Virus record (IMG/VR): IMGVR_UViG_3300002220_000035
Span: 5,499 to 69,498 of that record
Source of the DNA: a virus
Lineage: Duplodnaviria > Caudoviricetes
Length of the DNA: 64,000 bases
Direction: 5' to 3' (one strand)
In this document: positions 55,799-64,000 of the stretch, one piece after another
Numbering within the stretch: position 1 is the first letter of the stretch
How the letters are laid out: each line of letters starts with the position of its first letter
Made by a program: the position numbers and the translations under genes
Notes under the pieces: generated by a model
What the model was told of the DNA's origin: nothing
What the model saw: the letters and a program-made list of their open reading frames with translations, nothing else
Databases searched by the model: none

Positions 55799-58087
55799 AT
55801 GGCCGCGAATCTTTGGAGACATTGTCTCAGCAACCGGCTTAAGTCAGGAGATCTCCTGCGAAAAGATCGCAACTCCTGTTCGAGTGACATAGCGGAGGGG
55901 TTCTTTGAGGGAGGAAAAACCATCTCCCTCCCATCAGCGACAATCAGAATTACTCCCAGTGTGATCTACATCAAGGGCGTCAACGAAGCAGTGGCCCTCG
56001 ATACCGCCACGATCATCATCTCCCCCGACCCGTTTTGGGTATCGGATGCCATGAAAGGGACGATCAGGATGGTGCCGGGGCTCATCTACATCAAGGGCAT
56101 CAACGAGGCCGTGGTCCTCGATACCGCCACGATCCGGATGATAACCCCCGAACTGTCACCGCCGGAACTCCCGAAGATTACATTATGGGCACAGATCACG
56201 ATCGAAGGATCGCTCCATTGCGGCCCTGCCCCACCCCCGCACCAGTATCATGGATCCGTGTTCCGCAGGTGCCCGTCGGACCGGCTCGACTCATCGATGC
56301 TTGTCAGGCGGTTCATGACCGATAACCCCTCGTTGCGTCCGGTAGCCTCGGAATATTTCGAACCGGGGCAGGGTGTCATTCTCGACACGGCAACCCTCCA
56401 TCTCACAGGGAGCATGTCATATGCGGGAATTGACGCGAATGTCACGCTGGAAGGTACGATCAGGATGGTTCCGCAGACCCCCACCCTCGCTGCGGGTATT
56501 GTGATGGAGGGCACGATCTATCTGGTCCCTCTCAACCCCACAGTCCGGATCTTCCTGCCGCCATCCGGGGGCGATATCGAAACAGGCCTTCCTCAGCTCT
56601 GCACGAATATTGAGATCTCCCAATCCCTGCAGAACAAAGTGGCGCTTGGATCGTTCGACTTCGAGCTCGCTGAGACGGGCGGGTATTACAGCGGGATCTA
56701 TTTCAGCGATGTCGTGGTGAGCCTGCCGGACCATCTCGGGGTCATGCATCCTGTTTTTGTGGGTTTCTTCCACTCTACAGATGCAAACTATGGAGAGGCC
56801 GACTATCACGAGAATTTCCCCGCGTATGATCCCATCTGGAATCTCGGGATGGCAAACCTCAACGATGCCGACCGCATGATCCTCTCAGCAGAGAGCCAGG
56901 CCTCACAAACACGGTTCCGGCAATATTTCGTTTTCGCCGAATTACAAAACGGATGGCCGAAAGTCGGAGACATCATCCAGGGGGGGACCACTGGAGACTT
57001 CGGTAAAATCGTCTACGTCAAGAATTACGGACTTCCATGTTTCGAAGTCGAGAATCCCCACCACGGCGATCCCCTGAACACCTCAGAGGGTTACTTCACC
57101 GACGGGGAGGTCCTCGAAGTCGGAGGGGTGCAGCTCTGTTACGCTGACGGGAACTCGATCGATGTCTCCGAGGAAATAACCTCGACTCCGCGAACTATCG
57201 GCGATTGGGTGAGGGCCGTCCTTGGAGCTGAGAACTGGCAGGAGGAGACGAAGGTCGAGCCCTTTAATATCATCGATCCTGGTGTGTCTCCAGTCGACTT
57301 CATTTTTGATGAGGGATCGAGTATCATCGCGGCCATCGAGAGAGTGGCAAAACGGATGTCCTATGTATTCCTTGGACGTCTGCGGGGGGATCCCGGGTCT
57401 GCTATCTTCTCGGGGTACTTCATCCCGCAGGGCGACATTGATACACAACTCGGCCTTCCGACCCCGGTGACCTTCGCACTTGGGAATGAGTACGTCCTGA
57501 GACCGATCAAGATGACCATGAAGGGCGATCAGAAATATAATCGCGTCACGATCAAATGCCAGGGCTTCGATCTCACCTGGTTCAAGGCCGTGCTCGGCGG
57601 CAATGAGAAACCCATCAAGGACTATTTTGAGATCAATCCCGATCTCGCCACACAGGCCGAGTGCAATACCCGGTGTGCAGACGTCTATAATTACTATCGT
57701 AAGATGGTCACGACCTGGAACATGACGATCCTCAAGCGCCAGGACCTCCAGTACCTGCAGAAACTCATCTTTTCCGGGTATGGAACCGAGATCCCGGACG
57801 ACACGTATCGGATCGTTGCAATAAAACGCAGGTATGCCGAAGGTGGCAGCATCAACGAGGTGGATGTATCGGTCGTCCTGGATGCTGATTTCGCCTTGTA
57901 CCTGAACCTCTCCAGGGTCTTCACGGACGCAGGGACGGAGATGGCCGCGATGGCCCGGTCCGAACTTCTCAAGATGGGCGCGAACGAGACCGGCATCGTG
58001 ACTGCGGTTGATGAGATCACGGGAAAGGTTACGCTCATTACTTCGGGTGGACAGGTCCGGACCGGCGCGGAGGGAGACAATACTTGA
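55799..58087 (+). CDS. Tail-tip/baseplate hub protein
   Basis: C-terminal two-thirds homologous to 11376-14849; N-terminal repeats (IYIKG.NEAV.LDTATI). Confidence 0.7.
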   Translation: MAANLWRHCLSNRLKSGDLLRKDRNSCSSDIAEGFFEGGKTISLPSATIRITPSVIYIKGVNEAVALDTATIIISPDPFWVSDAMKGTIRMVPGLIYIKGINEAVVLDTATIRMITPELSPPELPKITLWAQITIEGSLHCGPAPPPHQYHGSVFRRCPSDRLDSSMLVRRFMTDNPSLRPVASEYFEPGQGVILDTATLHLTGSMSYAGIDANVTLEGTIRMVPQTPTLAAGIVMEGTIYLVPLNPTVRIFLPPSGGDIETGLPQLCTNIEISQSLQNKVALGSFDFELAETGGYYSGIYFSDVVVSLPDHLGVMHPVFVGFFHSTDANYGEADYHENFPAYDPIWNLGMANLNDADRMILSAESQASQTRFRQYFVFAELQNGWPKVGDIIQGGTTGDFGKIVYVKNYGLPCFEVENPHHGDPLNTSEGYFTDGEVLEVGGVQLCYADGNSIDVSEEITSTPRTIGDWVRAVLGAENWQEETKVEPFNIIDPGVSPVDFIFDEGSSIIAAIERVAKRMSYVFLGRLRGDPGSAIFSGYFIPQGDIDTQLGLPTPVTFALGNEYVLRPIKMTMKGDQKYNRVTIKCQGFDLTWFKAVLGGNEKPIKDYFEINPDLATQAECNTRCADVYNYYRKMVTTWNMTILKRQDLQYLQKLIFSGYGTEIPDDTYRIVAIKRRYAEGGSINEVDVSVVLDADFALYLNLSRVFTDAGTEMAAMARSELLKMGANETGIVTAVDEITGKVTLITSGGQVRTGAEGDNT

Positions 58088-59622
58088 CGAATGAATCCGG
58101 AAAGCCCACGCTGAGGTTCACTGATTCTTCAGGCAAGGGTATAGCGATGCCACTAAATAAAGTGGTTGCGGGAACTCCTGTAGTACGTTCGACCGATCTT
58201 TCAGGAAAGAGTGTTATTTTTCCAGCTTCGAAAGTTGAGGTTGGCCAGAAAGTTATCCGCCTTACCGATATATCGGGGAAGGGCATCGTAGTGGCAGCGG
58301 ACGGAGGTTCTAATATCCCATTCAGCGATGATGTCGACCCGTGCCGGGCGTTCACGGTGATTGAAGACCCTGATCGCCCGGGCGCGTTTCTTCTGACGTG
58401 GTTACCCGGTCTCAATAACGATGAGGTCGAATTCGACTTCAATTGTGACTTCCGGTATTATCCGAAGTCTCCGAGGTCTGGTGAGAAATTCGCTACGTGG
58501 CCGGTGCAATATGACGAAGAGGGAGAAATGCTGCCCGGCACCGTGACAAGAAGACCCATACGGCTTTTCCAATGGCATTATTTCTCGATATGGGGAAAAC
58601 GGCAGGGGAAGTATTCTAAAATCGCGCTGCACGTGAAGGCGTTCGTCACGATGGCCGGCATCCTCGGAAAACTCAGAATGTGGATATTCGGTTATCAGGG
58701 GAATCTCCTGCCAGAGGGTGACTTCGAGAGGGGAATCGAACAGTTCTCCAGCCAAATCAGCGATATCGGCTCACACTGGACTATACAGGCCGGAGCCGCT
58801 TCCCTTGCAGAGAACATTTCTCACACGGGAAAAAATAGTTTCTATGGCAGGTATGGTTCGGTGTGCGCTAACGGTGGGCGTGAATTCGGCACCATCACGG
58901 TTCTCAAACCCACCATAGCAAGTATCTGGATGTGCATTTTACTCCCGGAAGGTCTAGAAGGAAGCGACGAATTTCAGGATAACCCGTGGCTGATATTCGC
59001 GCGGATTGGTTCAGGTGGTCAGGACGTTGATGACTACGTGAAGCCCTACTACTACGGGCAATGGAAAACCGGATATTGGTTCCGACTCTCGACGGCAATT
59101 CTACCGGTTCCCCCAAATTACCAACGGAGTTATTCTTTCTGGCTCGGTCATACCACTGCATACCCTCCATATGGAATCGGAGGCACAGTCGTCTACATGG
59201 ACGACGCATCGGTGAGATATGCAGAGGACCCCGAATCGTGGATGCTCACCGGGGAGAGCGACGTCCCCCCGAACGAGCTCTATGGTAGCGGGGTGAGGGT
59301 CTACATCAACAAGATCGGCCCCGCCGCAGGGGTCCCGTATGCCAATTACATCATCCACTTCTGGGATCCGGTGGCATATGCGGGATACATTGCCTTTAGA
59401 CTTATCGACCCCGACCATGGAATATTGGAAGTATGGGCGCATCTGACGGGTGAAGAATTGGACGACGATTACGAAGATTACACGAAGGGTTTACCACGGG
59501 AGATATACTTCGGGGATATCCAACTCTGCAATTCCACGAACACCCGGCTTTTCCGGGTTTATGATTATCACGGGTTCCTGCCAATCTCTCTTCTGTGGCC
59601 ACTTGGCGATATTATCGATTAG
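58084..59622 (+). CDS. Putative receptor-binding/tail fibre protein
   Basis: Last structural gene; N-terminal TD.SGK repeats; carbohydrate-binding-like N..P.GDFE motif. Confidence 0.55.
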   Translation: MTNESGKPTLRFTDSSGKGIAMPLNKVVAGTPVVRSTDLSGKSVIFPASKVEVGQKVIRLTDISGKGIVVAADGGSNIPFSDDVDPCRAFTVIEDPDRPGAFLLTWLPGLNNDEVEFDFNCDFRYYPKSPRSGEKFATWPVQYDEEGEMLPGTVTRRPIRLFQWHYFSIWGKRQGKYSKIALHVKAFVTMAGILGKLRMWIFGYQGNLLPEGDFERGIEQFSSQISDIGSHWTIQAGAASLAENISHTGKNSFYGRYGSVCANGGREFGTITVLKPTIASIWMCILLPEGLEGSDEFQDNPWLIFARIGSGGQDVDDYVKPYYYGQWKTGYWFRLSTAILPVPPNYQRSYSFWLGHTTAYPPYGIGGTVVYMDDASVRYAEDPESWMLTGESDVPPNELYGSGVRVYINKIGPAAGVPYANYIIHFWDPVAYAGYIAFRLIDPDHGILEVWAHLTGEELDDDYEDYTKGLPREIYFGDIQLCNSTNTRLFRVYDYHGFLPISLLWPLGDIID

Positions 59623-59630
59623 GAGAAACA

Positions 59631-59645
59631 ATTATCCCCTCAGAA
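59631..59645 (+). promoter_or_regulatory. Second copy of ATTATCCCCTCAGAA
   Basis: Identical to 14870-14884. Confidence 0.5.
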
Positions 59646-59660
59646 TATTATTAGTGGGAT

Positions 59661-60197
59661 ATGCAAAAGTGGCAAGTCGCTGCTCTGATCCTTGTCGGAA
59701 TTGCGATCGTACTTACCTGCGGATGTATGAGCCAGGCGGCACCTCAGCAGGTGACGCCAACGGCAACGGTCATCCAGACCGCAGCCCCCATTGTGACATC
59801 GGTTTCCCCGACCGCGATCATCACGACCCCGCCGATACCAACCACTATAGAAACCACGGAACCAACACCAGTACCGACCACAGACACATCAGCCGGTGCA
59901 CTGGACGCACCTGTGCACCTGAGTTCAAAACTTCCTCCTGAAGGAAAAATCGCCTTCACAACGGTCCGTCCTGGGGAGGTCAAAATCCGTGTGTATTGTC
60001 TGTCCCCCGCAAAGGCCGTATTGACTTCAGCGAGTATGGATCAGGTATTACTGCAGGCAAAGAGCAGCCCAGGATCATCGAAAGAGATAACAATCAACCT
60101 TATCACGCCACAGACATACTGGATCACTTTTTCAGGGTTCAACAAGGCAGATATCGGCACTCAGAAAATGTGGCAACTCGACGTGACCAATGCATAG
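59661..60197 (+). CDS. Archaeal lipoprotein (cargo)
   Basis: LTCGC lipobox and Thr/Pro linker; homolog of 14901-15506. Confidence 0.75.
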   Translation: MQKWQVAALILVGIAIVLTCGCMSQAAPQQVTPTATVIQTAAPIVTSVSPTAIITTPPIPTTIETTEPTPVPTTDTSAGALDAPVHLSSKLPPEGKIAFTTVRPGEVKIRVYCLSPAKAVLTSASMDQVLLQAKSSPGSSKEITINLITPQTYWITFSGFNKADIGTQKMWQLDVTNA

Positions 60198-60208
60198 GAC
60201 AAGAGAAA

Positions 60209-60529
60209 ATGTTCTGTATTCATTGTGGCACGGAGAATCCGAATAATGTTTTATATTGCAGAAATTGCGGTCGCTTTATTCCAAGAAAACAACTTGAAGA
60301 GATCCAAGATGAATATAAAATTAATGTTAGTATTTCCATCATCGTCGGCATTTGTACCGGTATAATATCTGGAATTTTCTCTTCAGCATTCAGTTCCACA
60401 TGGAAACCAGAATTATGGCAAGGTGTATTAATCACTCTATCGGTAATCGTGGCAATTGTTTTACTTATTTGGACCGCATTAAAAACTCTGGAAGACTCAT
60501 TAAAAAGGAGACTTAAACGAAATCTCTAG
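60209..60529 (+). CDS. Zn-ribbon plus two-TM membrane protein
   Basis: MFCIHCGTEN...YCRNCG followed by two hydrophobic helices. Confidence 0.7.
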   Translation: MFCIHCGTENPNNVLYCRNCGRFIPRKQLEEIQDEYKINVSISIIVGICTGIISGIFSSAFSSTWKPELWQGVLITLSVIVAIVLLIWTALKTLEDSLKRRLKRNL

Positions 60530-60576
60530 CTAATCAAATGAAAAAATTAATCGTCTTAAAATATTCTTAGCAACAT

Positions 60577-61854
60577 ATGAAATTTCCTGCATTCTGCGCA
60601 CTTGTAATAATCTTCCTGCTTTTAGTATCGGGATGCAGTTCACCCCCACCGCAATCCTCCACGAATATCGAAAACAACCTGCCGCTTCCGTCTACTCCCA
60701 CAATCACCACTCCTTTGATGACCTCGCAACCGTCAACAGGTACACCCTCCAGCGGGGAGATGACAGTATCTTTCATCGATGTCGGGCAGGGAGATTCCGA
60801 GCTTATCCAGTTCCCTTCGGGGAAAACTATGCTCATCGATGCCGGCCCCACAGATGCCGGATCAACGGTCTCGAACTACCTCAGGAGCCGGGGGATATCC
60901 ACGATCGATATGGTCGTGGCAACACATCCGCATGAGGATCATATCGGAGGGATGTCAACAGTTCTGAATGGATTCACCGTGAAGCAGTTCGTTGATAGTG
61001 GATATCCTCACACGACCAGCACCTACGAGAATATGCTCATTCTTATAGATAAGAAAAACATCCCGTTCCGGACTGTTGCAAAAGGGGATACAATCAGCCT
61101 GGATCCCTCAGTCTCGATTACCGTTCTTAATCCCCCATTATTATTTTCCGACGAGATAAACGAGAACTCAGTAGTTCTTAAAATCGTTTATGGAAAAGTC
61201 ACATTCCTTTTCATGGGTGACGCCAGCAGTATTACAGATCATGCCGACATCCTGAAAGTACCGCACCACGGTAGTAACACCGGCGCATCCTCATTATTAC
61301 AGATAGACCCCGCGGTCAGCATTATCGAGGTTGGTGCAGGGAACTCTTACGGACATCCGACAGCGACAACGCTTCAGCGCCTGCAGCAGACTGGTTCAGG
61401 TATATACCGCACCGACAGGGATGGAACAATCATTGTCACCTCAAATGGTGAAACCTATTCAGCGAGTCAGACGAAAACCGCAGGGACCACCTCCACGACC
61501 GTAATCCCAATAATTGCAAAAGCACAGTATACAACTGTGACGACAACCACGGTCAGCGGAACGACCTCCTGCGATTGTTCATCCAACCGGTATAATTGTG
61601 CAGATTTTGCGTCAAAAACAAAAGCTCAATCGTGTTATGATTATTGTATTAATCAAGGAAAAGGCGATGTTCATGGACTTGATGGAGATAACGATGGTCT
61701 GGCATGTGAAAGTGGGACATCAGGATCATCCTCTACAACGTACAAAACTACTTCGTCAAGTGGGAGCGGGAGTTGTCCCGCCGGTAAATGTTGGGTGAAT
61801 GGTTATTATAGAAAATCCGGAACATATGTAAAGGGTTACTGTCGGAGTTGTTAA
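60577..61854 (+). CDS. ComEC/Rec2-like metallo-beta-lactamase-fold nuclease lipoprotein with Excalibur-like domain
   Basis: FIDVGQGDS, THPHEDHIGG, KVPHHGS, YGHP, YRTD..G; LDGDNDGLACE. Confidence 0.88.
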   Translation: MKFPAFCALVIIFLLLVSGCSSPPPQSSTNIENNLPLPSTPTITTPLMTSQPSTGTPSSGEMTVSFIDVGQGDSELIQFPSGKTMLIDAGPTDAGSTVSNYLRSRGISTIDMVVATHPHEDHIGGMSTVLNGFTVKQFVDSGYPHTTSTYENMLILIDKKNIPFRTVAKGDTISLDPSVSITVLNPPLLFSDEINENSVVLKIVYGKVTFLFMGDASSITDHADILKVPHHGSNTGASSLLQIDPAVSIIEVGAGNSYGHPTATTLQRLQQTGSGIYRTDRDGTIIVTSNGETYSASQTKTAGTTSTTVIPIIAKAQYTTVTTTTVSGTTSCDCSSNRYNCADFASKTKAQSCYDYCINQGKGDVHGLDGDNDGLACESGTSGSSSTTYKTTSSSGSGSCPAGKCWVNGYYRKSGTYVKGYCRSC

Positions 61855-62072
61855 TTTTGAAAGCTACAATTGACCGTATAGAAGGGAATCTTGCAATCCT
61901 GATCACACAGGACGAAAAGCCAATAACATTTAATCTCCCTGTACCGTTCCTGGGAGATGCACGGGAGGGAGATATTGTCGATATCACTATCACCCAAGAT
62001 ACCGGGAGCACGCAGACTACCAGAGAACGTGTATCCTCAATGATTGAGAAACTGAAAAAGAAATCGAACTAA
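61848..62072 (+). CDS. DUF3006-like small protein
   Basis: IDRIEGNLAIL...LP.....EGDIV; usual partner of ComEC-like genes. Confidence 0.75.
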   Translation: MLILKATIDRIEGNLAILITQDEKPITFNLPVPFLGDAREGDIVDITITQDTGSTQTTRERVSSMIEKLKKKSN

Positions 62073-62074
62073 AA

Positions 62075-62096
62075 ATGCGAGGGATGGGATTCGAAC
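62075..62096 (-). repeat. att core copy 2
   Basis: 22-bp identity with the tRNA-Leu 3' end. Confidence 0.9.
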
Positions 62097-62097
62097 G

Positions 62098-62127
62098 ATG
62101 TGGCAGCTCGACGTGACCAACGCCTAA
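62098..62127 (+). pseudogene. 3'-terminal fragment (MWQLDVTNA*) of a homolog of the 59661-60197 lipoprotein gene
   Basis: 26/30 nt identical to 60168-60197; all four differences at third codon positions. Confidence 0.8.
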
Positions 62128-62221
62128 CTAGGCCATGAATGTTATGCGATGATGTAATGTGAATAACTTTTTTGACCGAAACGATTAAGCTCCCCCAATA
62201 CATAACGTCAATCAGAAGTAA

Positions 62222-63199
62222 ATGGAGGCAGTAGAGATGGTTGAAAAAGATGGAGAGTCAAAAAATACGCTTCAAAGAAAATATAAAGCGGACCTAGCGT
62301 ATTTTAAATTCCGTCCAAAAGACTATCCGACACCCGATGAGGCGAGTGGATTGTATGAAGATCATTCCTATAAAGGAATCAATCTTGATACAATTTATTT
62401 TGAAGACTGCATTTCTGGTATGGAAAAACTTCCCGCTGAATGCGTGGATCTTGGAATTGCGGATCCCCCATTCGGGATTGATTTTTCCGGGAAAGGAAGT
62501 GTCTACAATAGAGATCGGGATCTGGTAATTAATTCCTATCAGGAGATAGATGCAGATTATGGGGCATTCACAAAAGATTGGATGACCGCTCTTCAACGTA
62601 TCATGAAACCCCATGCGTCAGCATATGTATTCAGTGGGTGGAATCATCTGGAAGATGTTTTACGGGCTGCCCGATTGGCTGGTCTCAGTACGATCAACCA
62701 TGCCATCTGGAAATATCAGTTTGGGGTATTCACCAAGAAGAAATTCGTCACAAGCCATTATCATGTTCTTCTTCTCGCAAAAAACTCGAATAAATACTAC
62801 TTCAATAAAATGGAGCACTATCCTCTCGACGTTTGGGATATCAAACGGAAATACAAAAAAGGAGAGAAAAAGAATGCTACAACTCTGCCAACTGATGTGA
62901 TACGAAGATGCATTGAGTTCAGTTCAAGACCAGGTGATCTTGTTTTCGATCCCTTCATGGGGATGGCAACTACTGCCGTTGTTGCGAAAGGTGTCTGGCG
63001 CCATTATCTCGGATTTGAACTTAACACCAATTTGGCACCGGTTATCGATGAAAGGATTGATGGCGTTTCATTAGGGCAAGATTATATTACCATAGAAGAT
63101 AGACTAAGAAAAATTGAGGAAGAAGGCCGTACAAAATATAAATCTGCGTACCGGGCGTTTTTGCGAGAATCAGAGGTGAAACAAATTGCCAAGTCCTAA
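62222..63199 (+). CDS. Beta-class N4-C/N6-A DNA methyltransferase
   Basis: IADPPF...VFDPFMGMATT. Confidence 0.92.
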   Translation: MEAVEMVEKDGESKNTLQRKYKADLAYFKFRPKDYPTPDEASGLYEDHSYKGINLDTIYFEDCISGMEKLPAECVDLGIADPPFGIDFSGKGSVYNRDRDLVINSYQEIDADYGAFTKDWMTALQRIMKPHASAYVFSGWNHLEDVLRAARLAGLSTINHAIWKYQFGVFTKKKFVTSHYHVLLLAKNSNKYYFNKMEHYPLDVWDIKRKYKKGEKKNATTLPTDVIRRCIEFSSRPGDLVFDPFMGMATTAVVAKGVWRHYLGFELNTNLAPVIDERIDGVSLGQDYITIEDRLRKIEEEGRTKYKSAYRAFLRESEVKQIAKS

Positions 63200-63941
63200 A
63201 GAAGAAGCAGTCATCATTATTGATGCACTGTTCGATGAAGTCGGAGCCACCGGGGGATACTCCCCCCACGGGGATGTTCCTGGTATCGACGGGCGAGAGG
63301 CCCTTATTGAAATGAAGGAGGCTGGATTTCCCGGGTGGGGTGAAGTTGAATGGGCTGGATATTATCTGAAATTCCTTCTACAGAAAACTTGCAGTGATCA
63401 ATTATCAGGAATGGTTAAACCTCTTGATCTTGAGCATAAACGACATTTTATCAAAGGACAGTTTGTCTGGGATGCCCGATTAAGTTCTGATGAAATGAGT
63501 GCTGTGGCTTTGGGCGCAGTGAACGAATACGCCGATATTATCGAAGCGAATGGGGGTATCGGAGTATTGGTTGCGGATGCAGCAGTAATTAAGGATGATT
63601 CCGGGGATTTCAAGCGATTCCAAAGCGAAATGAAAGGGGAAGTCAGCGATTATGAGATCCGAGCGGAGGTTGAGGGGAAACCCCCACAACCCCGTAAAGA
63701 AGCATTCATGATCCGTAAAGTATATGCCTATTTTTTTACCCTTGCAGATCTCAAAGAAGGTGTGAAAAACCGGTGGGCTAAAGATAATTTCCAGCGCACT
63801 ATGAAAAATTCTAATGACCAGCCACGAGGGGGGAAATATATGATTAAAATTGATTCTGTCCCTCGTAAACATCTCCTATTTGTAAAAAATTTCAATGAAG
63901 ATCTTACTGAATTTAAGAAAGAGTTTCCGGAATTCTCTTAA
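63186..63941 (+). CDS. Putative type II restriction endonuclease
   Basis: Overlaps the MTase by 14 nt; size and EWAGYY...WD.R pattern fit; catalytic motif not clearly canonical. Confidence 0.55.
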   Translation: MPSPKEEAVIIIDALFDEVGATGGYSPHGDVPGIDGREALIEMKEAGFPGWGEVEWAGYYLKFLLQKTCSDQLSGMVKPLDLEHKRHFIKGQFVWDARLSSDEMSAVALGAVNEYADIIEANGGIGVLVADAAVIKDDSGDFKRFQSEMKGEVSDYEIRAEVEGKPPQPRKEAFMIRKVYAYFFTLADLKEGVKNRWAKDNFQRTMKNSNDQPRGGKYMIKIDSVPRKHLLFVKNFNEDLTEFKKEFPEFS

Positions 63942-63979
63942 TCCTTCATTATTTTTGTTTGATCTTTCTGAAAAACAGA

Positions 63980-64000
63980 ATGCGAGGGATGGGATTCGAA
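63980..64000 (-). repeat. att core copy 3 (truncated by the window edge; possibly the 3' end of the host tRNA-Leu)
   Basis: ATGCGAGGGATGGGATTCGAA. Confidence 0.88.

Larger units (their letters stand above)
15954..62096. mobile_element. Provirus 2, apparently complete (46,143 bp between att cores)
   Basis: Integrase at left end, full early, packaging, head and tail gene set, direct-repeat att cores at both ends. Confidence 0.9.
62097..63979. mobile_element. 1.9-kb att-flanked remnant of a third element carrying an R-M pair
   Basis: Bounded by att cores; starts with a viral lipoprotein gene fragment; no integrase. Confidence 0.7.

Noticed and set aside
11376-59622. Diversity-generating retroelement or invertible tail-fibre cassette
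   Set aside because: No reverse transcriptase or invertase, and I found no near-identical template/variable repeat pair or inverted crossover sites by eye.
1-64000. Many long antisense or overlapping ORFs in the track (e.g. 3413-4219, 8548-9447, 20929-21720, 52316-53086, 53204-53962)
   Set aside because: They are shadows of well-supported plus-strand genes in GC-rich DNA and have no family motifs.
1-64000. CRISPR array or cas genes
   Set aside because: No repeat-spacer array seen; the short periodic repeats (7 bp) are too short and lack spacer-sized gaps.

Overview
The window contains no ordinary housekeeping genes. It is a tandem array of archaeal head-tail (siphovirus-like, HK97-fold) proviruses at a tRNA-Leu(GAG) locus. 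The host is probably a methanogen of the Methanomicrobiales (inferred from the CCA-less archaeal tRNAs, PCNA, a COG4738-like regulator and methanogen-type lipoproteins). (1) 1-15931 is the right-hand part of provirus 1: portal to tail and baseplate, plus two lipoprotein cargo genes. (2) A complete minus-strand tRNA-Leu lies at 15933-16017, back-to-back with a tyrosine integrase. (3) Provirus 2 appears complete, with 46,143 bp between 22-bp att cores at 15932 and 62075. It carries an integrase, a divergent RHH switch, a Cys/Zn-rich early region, a wHTH gene with an internal iteron array, a Holliday-junction resolvase, a giant Zn-finger protein, PCNA, a radical SAM enzyme, an atypical initiator-like tRNA-Met, a ParB-MTase, terminase, head and tail genes, and cargo. 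(4) A 1,905-bp att-flanked remnant (62075-63980) holds a methyltransferase and a putative endonuclease and begins with the last 10 codons of a viral lipoprotein gene. The most unusual signals are the virus-side full tRNA at attP, a C-terminal Zn-ribbon module shared by integrase and repressor, the left-behind R-M cassette, the iteron/PIP-box/PCNA replication module, a candidate +1 tail-chaperone frameshift and the altered tRNA-Met. All family assignments come from motif recognition by eye; no database search was run.
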